Shown here one piece after another: positions 27,989 through 36,070 of a stretch of DNA of 64,000 bases. The translations under genes were made by a program, and so were the position numbers. The notes beneath the pieces are model-generated. The model was not told the origin of the DNA. It worked only from the letters and a program-made list of their open reading frames with translations, and did not search any database. This DNA comes from Candidatus Woesearchaeota archaeon (lineage in GTDB: Archaea; Nanobdellota; Nanobdellia; Woesearchaeales; GW2011-AR9). Each line of letters begins with the position of its first letter. Position 1 is the first letter of the stretch. Location: contig JACOZP010000008.1 in the NCBI GenBank assembly GCA_016181265.1, positions 20,156 through 84,155 of the forward strand. Reading direction: 5' to 3'.

Positions 27989-28405
27989 ATGAAATATACA
28001 GGAATAGTTGTGTTGTTAGTGGGATTATTGGCAGTTGTCGGCTGTAGTTCACCCGTCGTGGAAGATCAAGCGATGCCCGTACCGACGGAAGATGGGACGC
28101 AACCGAGCGTAGAAGAAACGATAGTTGAAGAGGAAACGGTGACAGCACCGACGGCAGGAGAAGTTAACCAAGTTGTAATCGAGAATTTTAAGTATAGTCC
28201 TTTTACGATGGAAGTGAACGTTGGCGATACGGTAGAGTGGGTTAATAAAGATAGCGCAGCGCACACGGTGACGATGTCAACATTAAATGTTGATGAGAAT
28301 TTACCGCAAGGAGCGACATTTACCTACACGTTTACGGAGAAGGGGACATATGAATATCGCTGCCGCTTTCACGCTGGAATGAAAGGAAAAGTGATTGTGA
28401 GTTAG
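27989..28405 (+). CDS. type-1 copper cupredoxin (amicyanin/plastocyanin-like), predicted lipoprotein
   Basis: GGAGGG SD 7 nt before the ATG at 27989. Signal MKYTGIVVLLVGLLAVVGC with a lipobox-like VVGC. Copper ligands AAHTV...C.FHAGM. Confidence 0.85.
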   Translation: MKYTGIVVLLVGLLAVVGCSSPVVEDQAMPVPTEDGTQPSVEETIVEEETVTAPTAGEVNQVVIENFKYSPFTMEVNVGDTVEWVNKDSAAHTVTMSTLNVDENLPQGATFTYTFTEKGTYEYRCRFHAGMKGKVIVS

Positions 28406-28461
28406 AACTTTTGGAGTTTTATTTTTTTCTTTTTTTGTTTTCTTAGCGGGTATGTCTTTTC

Positions 28462-30228
28462 CTAACTATAATACCATTTGTTCTCTTCCCTCTGTTCTCT
28501 ATCTTTGACGCTGCCGGGATTATTGATTCTAGGACGATGAGAAGCAGGATCACGGCGTAGTGTAATCCCAATATCACTTAAAAAAGTGTTCATACCTTCT
28601 TCTAATGGAAATGGCCCGCGTAACAAGCCATTCTTTGCTGGCGTACCTGAAAAGACAATCAGGCGGTCAGAGATATAATCCATGAACAGAAGATCGTGAT
28701 CGACAACAAGGATAGTAACATCACGCTCTTGAGCAACAGTCTTGATCACTTTGGAAATTATCAGGCGTTGTTCAACGTCAAGATAGGCTGAAGGCTCATC
28801 TAAAAGGAAGAGTTGTGCGTCCTGAGAAAGACAGTGGGCGATGGCGACACGTTGCAATTGGCCGCCAGAAAGTTCGCTTAATTTTTGACCGAAAAGTTTC
28901 TCGATGTCGAGAGGTTTGATCAGCTGGTGAGGATATTTGTCAACAGCAACCTGTAAGAAATCGCTGACGATAAGGTCTGATCCGGTCTCAAGATACTGCG
29001 GCTTGTAGGCGACCTTAATTTGAGTATCAACGCTGCCCGCATCGGGAGAAGTGAGGCCGGCGAGAATCTTGATAAAAGATGTTTTTCCAATACCATTCTC
29101 TCCAAGAACACCAACGATCTCGTTCTTGTAGAGGGTGCCACGTTCGGTCTGAAGATGAAATTTTCCTAATTGTTTCTGGAGATTATCCCAAGAGATTAGA
29201 CTACGAGGAAGATTCTTACGAGCATCTTGAGTCTTGTCGAATTTTAACGGGCGGTCACGGAAGCGGACATTTTCTTCTTTGAGGAAGCCATCTAAGAACG
29301 CGTTTATTCCTTCGCGAGTGGATTTGACACCAGAAACGACACCAAAAGCGCCCTCCTGTCCGTACATGATATTGATGAGATCAGTCATGTAATCTAAAAT
29401 GATGAGGTCGTGCTCAATAGAGATGATAGATTTTTCAGGAACAGCAAGAGAACGGATGAAGAGGGAAACATTGATGCGCTGTTTGATGTCTAAGTAAGAT
29501 GTCGGCTCATCAAAGAGGAAGAGATTAGCATCTTTCAATACGGCAGCGGCGATGGCTGTACGTTGTAGTTCCCCGCCGGAGATCGTAGAGATATCGTTAT
29601 CTAAGAAATGCGTGAGTTGAAGCTGTTCGGCGATCTTGTGCAGCTGGTCTTTGGTGTCTATTTTCGCAAGCAATTCTTTGACGGTGCCGGAGAATTGTTT
29701 GGGAATGAGATCGACTTGCTGTGGTTTGTAGGAAAGTGTAATCTCGTTTCGATGTAATTTTTCTAAGAATTTTTGTGTTTCTGTCCCCTTGAAATACGCG
29801 ATGACTTCTTTAAATTCAGGAGGATTCTGCCATTTCCCAAGATTTGGTTTGAGGAGATTTCCCATTATCTTTAGGGCGGTTGATTTCCCGATTCCGTTCT
29901 TTCCAATGATTCCCGTCACTTGTCCAAAGATAGGAGAAGGAAGAGAATATAATTCGAACATGTTCTGACCATAGCGATGAACGGGATCTTTGTTGAGCGT
30001 GTCCGGGAGATTGATGATCTGAATGGCACCAAAAGGACAGCGATTGGGACAGATGCCACAACCCGTGCAAAGAAATTCATCGATGCGCGCTTTCTTCGCG
30101 GGATCATCGCCGGGAAAGATACAATCAGCGCCCGCGCGATTGACAGGGCACAATTTAGCACAAAGATAGTTTCCACATTCCATCGGGTGACATTTCTCCC
30201 GGTCAATGATTGCTAGACGCTTACGCAT
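28462..30228 (-). CDS. abcE1: ABCE1 / RNase L inhibitor-type ribosome-recycling ATPase
   Basis: N-terminal double 4Fe-4S Cys clusters (CHPMECGNYLCAKLCP, CTGCGICPNRCP). Two ABC cassettes (GKNGIGKST, GENGIGKTS) with LSGGELQR/LSGGQLQR signatures. Confidence 0.93.
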   Translation of the reverse strand: MRKRLAIIDREKCHPMECGNYLCAKLCPVNRAGADCIFPGDDPAKKARIDEFLCTGCGICPNRCPFGAIQIINLPDTLNKDPVHRYGQNMFELYSLPSPIFGQVTGIIGKNGIGKSTALKIMGNLLKPNLGKWQNPPEFKEVIAYFKGTETQKFLEKLHRNEITLSYKPQQVDLIPKQFSGTVKELLAKIDTKDQLHKIAEQLQLTHFLDNDISTISGGELQRTAIAAAVLKDANLFLFDEPTSYLDIKQRINVSLFIRSLAVPEKSIISIEHDLIILDYMTDLINIMYGQEGAFGVVSGVKSTREGINAFLDGFLKEENVRFRDRPLKFDKTQDARKNLPRSLISWDNLQKQLGKFHLQTERGTLYKNEIVGVLGENGIGKTSFIKILAGLTSPDAGSVDTQIKVAYKPQYLETGSDLIVSDFLQVAVDKYPHQLIKPLDIEKLFGQKLSELSGGQLQRVAIAHCLSQDAQLFLLDEPSAYLDVEQRLIISKVIKTVAQERDVTILVVDHDLLFMDYISDRLIVFSGTPAKNGLLRGPFPLEEGMNTFLSDIGITLRRDPASHRPRINNPGSVKDREQREENKWYYS

Positions 30229-30274
30229 GGAGATTACTTTTCGTTGCAGATTTTATATACTTTTGCTTTGGAAT

Positions 30275-30835
30275 CTAAGAATGAACAAGGTAAAGATAAC
30301 CGGTTTCGGATGATCCTTCTTGTACGAAGCCAAAATGACCAAATGCTTTCAGCGCTACGTCATTGCTAGGATGGACTAATAAAGTGAGAGGAACATCTCT
30401 TTGGAGAGATCCGAGAAGAGAGGACATTATTCCCCGCCGACGATATTTGGGGGAAACAACAACTTCGTGAATGAAGAGATCGTGATTGTCTTCTTGATAG
30501 AGAGTATAACCAACTATCTTCTGATCTAAAGCGGCGACTAGACACTGAGAACCATCGTCAAGAGAGAAGCGAGGGAAGAGCAAGGGATCATTAACAACAG
30601 CAAGAAGATATCTTCGAAGAGAAGCGACGCGAGAGGCATCGTGCAGAGGATCATAATCGCGGACGAGAAAAGGAGATTGTGTTTCTTCCTCTAATTGAGC
30701 TAATAAGCGGTATCCTTCTTGGCGTTGCTGGTCGGTGAATTCCAGCCAACGATCAATAAGATCATCAATAGAAGTGATGGAAGACATTCCTAACTGTAGT
30801 AGCTGTTTACGTACTTCTTTTAAACATTGAGCCAT
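30275..30835 (-). CDS. GNAT-family N-acetyltransferase
   Basis: VVVSPKYRRRGIMSSLL motif A in the C-terminal half. Confidence 0.7.
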   Translation of the reverse strand: MAQCLKEVRKQLLQLGMSSITSIDDLIDRWLEFTDQQRQEGYRLLAQLEEETQSPFLVRDYDPLHDASRVASLRRYLLAVVNDPLLFPRFSLDDGSQCLVAALDQKIVGYTLYQEDNHDLFIHEVVVSPKYRRRGIMSSLLGSLQRDVPLTLLVHPSNDVALKAFGHFGFVQEGSSETGYLYLVHS

Positions 30836-30916
30836 ATGGCTTTAAATCAGAAGATTCTTTAAAAAATATCACATAAAAAAGATAAATTTAAAATAGAGAC
30901 AAAATTTAAAGATAAT

Positions 30917-31081
30917 ATGGTTAAGTGCAGTATTTGCGGGAGTACGATTCAAGAGTTATTCTTAGAAAAGATTAAAGGAACAGTTCTGCACAAGCCGGGT
31001 TCAAAGAAACAATATCCAATCTGCTTCGAGTGCCAGAAGAAATGGCTGACAAAGGAAGAATTACTGCAGCAGTTGCGATAG
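30917..31081 (+). CDS. small zinc-ribbon protein (54 aa), hypothetical
   Basis: Below the track cut-off. Own translation: MVKCSICGSTIQELFLEKIKGTVLHKPGSKKQYPICFECQKKWLTKEELLQQLR, with CxxC...CxxC. AT-rich boxes upstream. Confidence 0.45.
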   Translation: MVKCSICGSTIQELFLEKIKGTVLHKPGSKKQYPICFECQKKWLTKEELLQQLR

Positions 31082-31101
31082 TTTTTTGGTTTTAGTATTT
31101 T

Positions 31102-31629
31102 CTACAGACAATCTAAAACGGTTTTTCCTTCACCTTCTAAAAAGAGATAGCGACCAGCACCTGTACGATGATACTGTGCGCTCCATCTCCCCGAATAGTG
31201 TTGGGAAAGGAAATGATAGATATTATCTAAAGAACTTGCTTGAAAGACTGCACCAGCTCGGGGATCACCAGAGTGATGAGCATTATGATGAGGATCAACC
31301 GCGAGGCAATGGTTTACTCCCGCTTCTCGCAGAGGAACTATCAGTAGACCAACGTTGTGGAAGTTCCCATATCCTTCTTTGAGAGCACCTTCGCTCCCAA
31401 CAACAAAATAGTGCGCATCGGGAAACTTAACTTTAGTTATGGAAGAGTTCATGATTTCATTCCCTAGTAGGCGGGCAGCATCATGACAGCGGTTGGTTAA
31501 TCCTTCTCTCTGGACATGTGCAACAGAAGCAGTAATGACCGATTCTAACGGTTGCAACGGTGAAGGAAGCCCGAGGGGGGATCGCCGGTTCAGATAGATG
31601 TACTGCAAAGGTGGTATTGGTTCGACCAT
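31102..31629 (-). CDS. hypothetical protein
   Basis: 175-aa ORF, longer than the competing + frame ORF 31086-31382. His-rich segment VDPHHNAHHSGD. No family recognised. Confidence 0.45.
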   Translation of the reverse strand: MVEPIPPLQYIYLNRRSPLGLPSPLQPLESVITASVAHVQREGLTNRCHDAARLLGNEIMNSSITKVKFPDAHYFVVGSEGALKEGYGNFHNVGLLIVPLREAGVNHCLAVDPHHNAHHSGDPRAGAVFQASSLDNIYHFLSQHYSGRWSAQYHRTGAGRYLFLEGEGKTVLDCL

Positions 31630-31744
31630 GTATGAATAAGAAGAGGGTTTATTTAAAAAACATCGCGAGAAAAAATGCTAATCTCTAAAATGGCAAAAGA
31701 ATGAATTAGATGATGTTTTATGTCACTCACTAAAATACCAATAA

Positions 31745-31752
31745 TTTAAAAA
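31745..31752 (+). promoter_or_regulatory. TATA-like box TTTAAAAA upstream of the tRNA-Thr locus
   Basis: The box ends 26 nt before tRNA position 1 (31778), implying a very short or absent 5' leader. Confidence 0.45.
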
Positions 31753-31777
31753 AGAGTTACTATTTTTAGATTGAGGA

Positions 31778-31858
31778 GCCCCTGTAGCTCAGCGGTAGAG
31801 CGGCAGTTTCGTAACAAGATTAAAAACAGAGAAAAAACTGCAGGTCCCGCGTTCAAGG
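31778..31858 (+). tRNA. tRNA-Thr(CGU) gene with canonical 37/38 intron, lacking the 3' T-stem strand and 3' acceptor strand (truncated or split)
   Basis: GCCCCTG-TA-GCTC-AGCGGTA-GAGC-G-GCAGT-TTCGTA[~22-nt intron 31814-31835]A-ACTGC-AGGTC-CCGCG-TTCAAGG. The next bases are TACAATTTATCC instead of the expected CGCGG+CAGGGGC. No complementary 3' part is found in the following 450 nt. Confidence 0.6.
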
Positions 31859-31864
31859 TACAAT

Positions 31865-32026
31865 TTATCCAGTGGCCCATTTCCAGATCCTTGGGGCAAT
31901 ATAAATAAATCCCATGATTACCAGGAAAAGTATTGCTATTGCTAAAACTAAAAATATCCCCCTTCCTGCTTGCCTAGTCCAATATTCTAATACTCTTGAT
32001 AATTTTGATTTATGTCCCATAGCCAT
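31865..32026 (-). CDS. small hydrophobic peptide (53 aa), hypothetical
   Basis: Own translation: MAMGHKSKLSRVLEYWTRQAGRGIFLVLAIAILFLVIMGFIYIAPRIWKWATG, with one TM helix. Its start overlaps the upstream stop (TAATG). Its stop lies 7 nt from the tRNA fragment. Confidence 0.4.
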   Translation of the reverse strand: MAMGHKSKLSRVLEYWTRQAGRGIFLVLAIAILFLVIMGFIYIAPRIWKWATG

Positions 32027-32193
32027 TACCTCCGACTTTTAAATCCTAGATCTTTTAATGCCTCATTAAAAATAGATGAAGGACTGTAATTTTTTCCTTT
32101 CAACCACAGACTCATTTCAGGAGTTATACGGATAGTAATCAGAACCGTTCTTTGTTGGTCTTTTGGTTTTCGTACAATCTTGTGTGCGTCCAT
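32026..32193 (-). CDS. ribbon-helix-helix (CopG/Arc-like) small DNA-binding protein (55 aa)
   Basis: Own translation: MDAHKIVRKPKDQQRTVLITIRITPEMSLWLKGKNYSPSSIFNEALKDLGFKSRR. Beta-strand plus two helices in the RHH pattern. TTTATATAC box about 30 nt upstream. Confidence 0.5.
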   Translation of the reverse strand: MDAHKIVRKPKDQQRTVLITIRITPEMSLWLKGKNYSPSSIFNEALKDLGFKSRR

Positions 32194-32302
32194 TGTATAT
32201 ACAAGAGTATTACAAAAGTATATAAATCTTTTGCTAGATCAAGGTTGATTTAATAATTGTAATTCCCCAAAATTTATATACTCACCCCTCAAAAATACTA
32301 GC

Positions 32303-33163
32303 ATGAACACTCTTCTCATCGGCGAAATTCATCCCGACGCCAAAATACTCCTCGAACAGAACACAAAACTAACTAAAATCACCAACGATCAATTCTCTCA
32401 AATCATTTCTTTCCCTGAAATTGAAGCCGTCGTCCTCAGAACATTTACTCCATTAAAAGCAGCGGAGTTACAGAAGCTGCCGAGATTAAAGTGCGTCGTC
32501 ATCTGCAGCGTCGGGACAGATAATCTTGATCTCGAACTATTAAAACAAAAAAATATTCGCCTCATCCATTGCCCCGGTACAAATGCCAATAGTGTGGCAG
32601 AACATACACTATACTTAATGCTTTCACTTCTTCGAGAGGATTCAAAGAAACCGTTCGCGGAGTTGAAAGGAAAAACAGTCGGTATTCTTGGTTTTGGTGC
32701 CATCGGCAAGATTGTCGCGAAGAAGTTGCAGGGGTTCGAAGCAAAGGTGCTAGCGTTTGATGTTATCCCGCAAGATCCAGAAGTGGTTAAACAATTACAT
32801 GTCACGATGGTCGATCAGGATTCATTGCTTAAAGAAGTGGAAATAATTACTGTCCACGTCCCATTAAATAAGTATACAGAAAAAATAGTTAATAAAAGAT
32901 GTTTTTCTCAGATGAGAGATAATTCTTTTTTTGTCAATACATCGCGCGCGGAAGTTATTGATGAAGAAGCGCTGATTGACGAATGGAAAAAAGGAAAATT
33001 CAGAGGCGTGGGAGTTGATGTTTGTTCTGAAAACTTTGCATTAAAGATCGGGGAAGGAAATGTGATCATCACGGACCATTGTGCAGCTCAAGGAGAAGAT
33101 TCTTTTCGTGAACAATGCGTTAAGCCAGTGGAAGAATTTATGAAGATCTTAGAGAGAGACTGA
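32303..33163 (+). CDS. D-isomer-specific 2-hydroxyacid dehydrogenase (PGDH-like)
   Basis: GKTVGILGFGAIGKIVAKKL NAD fold. VHVPLN, NTSRAEVIDEEAL and TDHCAAQ catalytic-region motifs. Confidence 0.82.
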   Translation: MNTLLIGEIHPDAKILLEQNTKLTKITNDQFSQIISFPEIEAVVLRTFTPLKAAELQKLPRLKCVVICSVGTDNLDLELLKQKNIRLIHCPGTNANSVAEHTLYLMLSLLREDSKKPFAELKGKTVGILGFGAIGKIVAKKLQGFEAKVLAFDVIPQDPEVVKQLHVTMVDQDSLLKEVEIITVHVPLNKYTEKIVNKRCFSQMRDNSFFVNTSRAEVIDEEALIDEWKKGKFRGVGVDVCSENFALKIGEGNVIITDHCAAQGEDSFREQCVKPVEEFMKILERD

Positions 33164-33215
33164 GGAAAAACCTTTCCATAAAATATATAAAGCGTGTTCC
33201 TGGACTCTTATAAAT

Positions 33216-33944
33216 ATGGCTGACGAAGAGATTAAAGTAGAAAAAGCAGGAGAGAAAACCGATTTACCACAGATCGATCCACTCCTCCATCAGAAGAAGA
33301 AAGAACGCAAACAACTGATTACGATTATTGTTGTCGTGGCCATCCTTTTAGCGCTGGGTTCCGGAACGTTTTCACTTCTTAAGACATCAAATGTACCGCA
33401 GAAGTTAGCCGTTGATCAATTACATGATCTCAATAAACAGGGAAAATTATCTCCGGAACGAGGATATATGTATGGAGAGAATAGTATTGTGATGAATGAA
33501 GGATTGTGGTGGTCAGATGTCTTTTTATGGGGAACGACGTTTAAAGTGCCTCTTCATTTTGGCCCGAGAGATGTGGAAACAGTTGTGATAACAGGAGAGT
33601 TGAATCGTTCGTTTAACGACGAGCCAGATGTGTATGTTGCTATCAACCCAGAAGTTTCCGATAAGTATTACACGCTGGCGATCTCTGAGCTAAGCTTGAA
33701 TCTGGCGAAGATTATGAACCGCGCGCCACTCGGTGCGTGTACTCAAGAGAATGAAAATGTGTGCATAGAACGGAAAATTATCAACTGTGGTCAGACGGGG
33801 GGCAAACCCGTTATTGAATTGGAATATAGTGAAGTCCCTTCTATTCAGCTAGATGGCTCGTGCATCAAGATCGCCGGCCAAGGATATAACCTCACTAAAG
33901 CTGTCGATCGGCTGCTATATCAGTGGTATGGGATTATGGAATGA
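33216..33944 (+). CDS. membrane-anchored extracellular protein, hypothetical
   Basis: One N-terminal TM (LITIIVVVAILLALGSG). Cys-containing ectodomain. No family recognised. Confidence 0.5.
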   Translation: MADEEIKVEKAGEKTDLPQIDPLLHQKKKERKQLITIIVVVAILLALGSGTFSLLKTSNVPQKLAVDQLHDLNKQGKLSPERGYMYGENSIVMNEGLWWSDVFLWGTTFKVPLHFGPRDVETVVITGELNRSFNDEPDVYVAINPEVSDKYYTLAISELSLNLAKIMNRAPLGACTQENENVCIERKIINCGQTGGKPVIELEYSEVPSIQLDGSCIKIAGQGYNLTKAVDRLLYQWYGIME

Positions 33945-34291
33945 GCAACGTACTTCTTTCATCTGTCGTTCTTCGAAGCAGGGATCTAGAGGAGATGCGC
34001 CAGTTCTATGAACAGCTGTTGGGTATGCCGTTTCAGGAAGAGCAGCACGAACGTGGGCGGAAGCATTATTCTTGTCGTTTGGGAGACGTGCTGTTAGAAC
34101 TGTATCCACGACGGACAGATGATGCCGGGACAGACCAATTAGGATTTACAGTGGATTCCCTCGATAGAATACTCGAATGTATCGAGGAAAAATATGTCCG
34201 GCACGGGCCTTTTGATACGATGTACGGGCGAGGTTTATTGCTTCGGGATCCAGAGGGAAGATTGATTCATCTCGAAGAAAAGAACCGATAA
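33941..34291 (+). CDS. glyoxalase/bleomycin-resistance (VOC) family protein
   Basis: VVLRSRDLEEMRQFYEQLLGMPF...LELYP...LGFTVDSLD...LLLRDPEGRLIHLEE. ATG at 33941 overlaps the upstream stop (ATGA). Confidence 0.75.
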   Translation: MSNVLLSSVVLRSRDLEEMRQFYEQLLGMPFQEEQHERGRKHYSCRLGDVLLELYPRRTDDAGTDQLGFTVDSLDRILECIEEKYVRHGPFDTMYGRGLLLRDPEGRLIHLEEKNR

Positions 34292-34299
34292 AGAATTAT

Positions 34300-34674
34300 T
34301 TATTCTCTTCTTAATCCTAAGATCTCGGCTTGATTATTCGAAACAGTGACAAGCCGGAAGTTGCATCCCATCTCTAATACAGCCTCTAGCAAGGCCATAT
34401 GTTCTTTCCCTGAGCCGGAGGCGAGATTTAACGCGACTTCAAAGTCAGAAATCTTGTCTTTCAATTGTTTTTTGATCTCTTGAGTGAGAGAAGAACAATC
34501 CATATCTAAGTTAAGTACAAGCAGTTGGACATTTTCTGGCTTTCCCGTGAAGTTTTCCTTCCCAAATTGATTAGTGATCAAAAATATGTTTGTCCAGGGC
34601 TGAGCTTGGATGAGACGAGAGACTTCCGACCACGTTCCTTTTCCAGTCGATAAACAGGCAAGCAAGGTAGGCAT
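34300..34674 (-). CDS. hypothetical Rossmann-like protein (weak CARF/DUF1887-like motifs)
   Basis: 124 aa. LACLSTGKGT near the N-terminus and LNLASGSGKEHMA later loosely recall the two CARF-type loops. Very tentative. Confidence 0.35.
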   Translation of the reverse strand: MPTLLACLSTGKGTWSEVSRLIQAQPWTNIFLITNQFGKENFTGKPENVQLLVLNLDMDCSSLTQEIKKQLKDKISDFEVALNLASGSGKEHMALLEAVLEMGCNFRLVTVSNNQAEILGLRRE

Positions 34675-34724
34675 GGGATGTAGAGAAGCAATGGTTTTAT
34701 AAGAATATCGGAAGGGAAAATGAT

Positions 34725-35204
34725 CTAATCGAAACGAACAATATGATGTTCATCTCCTTTTTTCTCTACAACGCAGTTATAATAGTTCTTCCCTCGTGAG
34801 AGAAGCATCTTTTCGATCATAGCATAATCGCTAGGAATAATCTCTTCCCGATGCAAGGGTAAATCGGCTAAAGCAAACCATGCTAGCGCACCTTCTCTTC
34901 CCTCAACGAATTGAGAAGTCAAAGGCTGTAGCTGGCAAAGATGAAGTAAAAAGTGCTGGATGACTTCATTCTTTTCGGTGAGGTGTTCGGATACGAATCC
35001 GAGATGTTGTGTAAAGAGGCAACGGATACCGGTCTCTTCTTTAATCTCGCGGATAGCAGCTTCAGAAACATGTTCATCTTTCTCGATCTTTCCTCCGGGA
35101 AGACCCCAGAAGCCGACATAACTCCCTTTAGCGCGTTTGATGAGAAGGATCTTGTCGTCGTGGATCAACGCGGCGATGGCAACTGCGAGCGGAAGATTAT
35201 TCAT
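34725..35204 (-). CDS. NUDIX hydrolase
   Basis: Nudix box GGKIEKDEHVSEAAIREIKEETG. Confidence 0.88.
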   Translation of the reverse strand: MNNLPLAVAIAALIHDDKILLIKRAKGSYVGFWGLPGGKIEKDEHVSEAAIREIKEETGIRCLFTQHLGFVSEHLTEKNEVIQHFLLHLCQLQPLTSQFVEGREGALAWFALADLPLHREEIIPSDYAMIEKMLLSRGKNYYNCVVEKKGDEHHIVRFD

Positions 35205-35312
35205 AAGATTATTCTTCCAAAAGGGGTTATAAATAGATTTAGATTGTCGGAAATGAGTAGTAATGACCTAGAAATCGCAACTTATATTAATGATAATACT
35301 ATCTGAGAACGT

Positions 35313-36065
35313 ATGCTGATCAGTTTCTTTGAAGAATTTCCCACAGCAGAAAACCTTGCGAAGTTAGAGTTAGTGAAGTGGAAAACAAAAGTGTATATTG
35401 CTGCGCCGGGATTGGCCATGTTTAGAAAAGTGCAACAAGAAGTGGAAGCGAGGAAAAATATTTTAGAGACGATCTATTGGCCGGTGCTCAAAAAGAAAGA
35501 AGGGTATTGGATCTCACCGTTTTCACGGCGGAAGGCACTGCATCGCGTATTTTCTGAATTGAAGAAACAGGTTGTTCCGGTGATGCTAGATCTGGAATTA
35601 CCGACGACACAGCATCCTTCGTTGTTCTGCACAGAATTCCTGCATTTCAGCGCGAATAAGAAAATGATCTTAGATTTTATCAATTCATATTATGGAGAAG
35701 TTTATCTTGCAGAATATTATCCACTCGATTTGAAAGGACGTAAAAAATTGGAATGGGCCGGTTTGCATTATCAAAATCCAAAAGTAAATGTGGTGAAGAT
35801 GTTCTATCATTCGCTGCATGATTTTAGTGATGATTTTTTAAGAGAGAATTGGGAACGTGGACGGCAGGAATTGGGAAAAAAATATATCCCAGCGTTGGGG
35901 ACGATCGCGCGCGGGATCCAAGGAGACGAGCCAATATTATCTTTAGAACAATTGAAACAAGATTTGATTCTGGCACGTGAACAGAAGATGAAAGAAGTGA
36001 TTATTTTTCGCCTGGGTGGGTTGACAAAAGAATACGCACGATTGTTGGCGAGGTTTGCGGATTGA
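35313..36065 (+). CDS. hypothetical protein
   Basis: 250-aa ORF. No motif recognised. Confidence 0.5.
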   Translation: MLISFFEEFPTAENLAKLELVKWKTKVYIAAPGLAMFRKVQQEVEARKNILETIYWPVLKKKEGYWISPFSRRKALHRVFSELKKQVVPVMLDLELPTTQHPSLFCTEFLHFSANKKMILDFINSYYGEVYLAEYYPLDLKGRKKLEWAGLHYQNPKVNVVKMFYHSLHDFSDDFLRENWERGRQELGKKYIPALGTIARGIQGDEPILSLEQLKQDLILAREQKMKEVIIFRLGGLTKEYARLLARFAD

Positions 36066-36070
36066 GAAGC

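Noticed and set aside
31853-32243. Direct repeat TCAAGGT (31853-31859 and 32236-32242) as att sites flanking the RHH cassette
   Set aside because: Only 7 nt, which is expected by chance in an AT-rich 400-bp stretch. Joining the flanks would not restore the tRNA 3' end.
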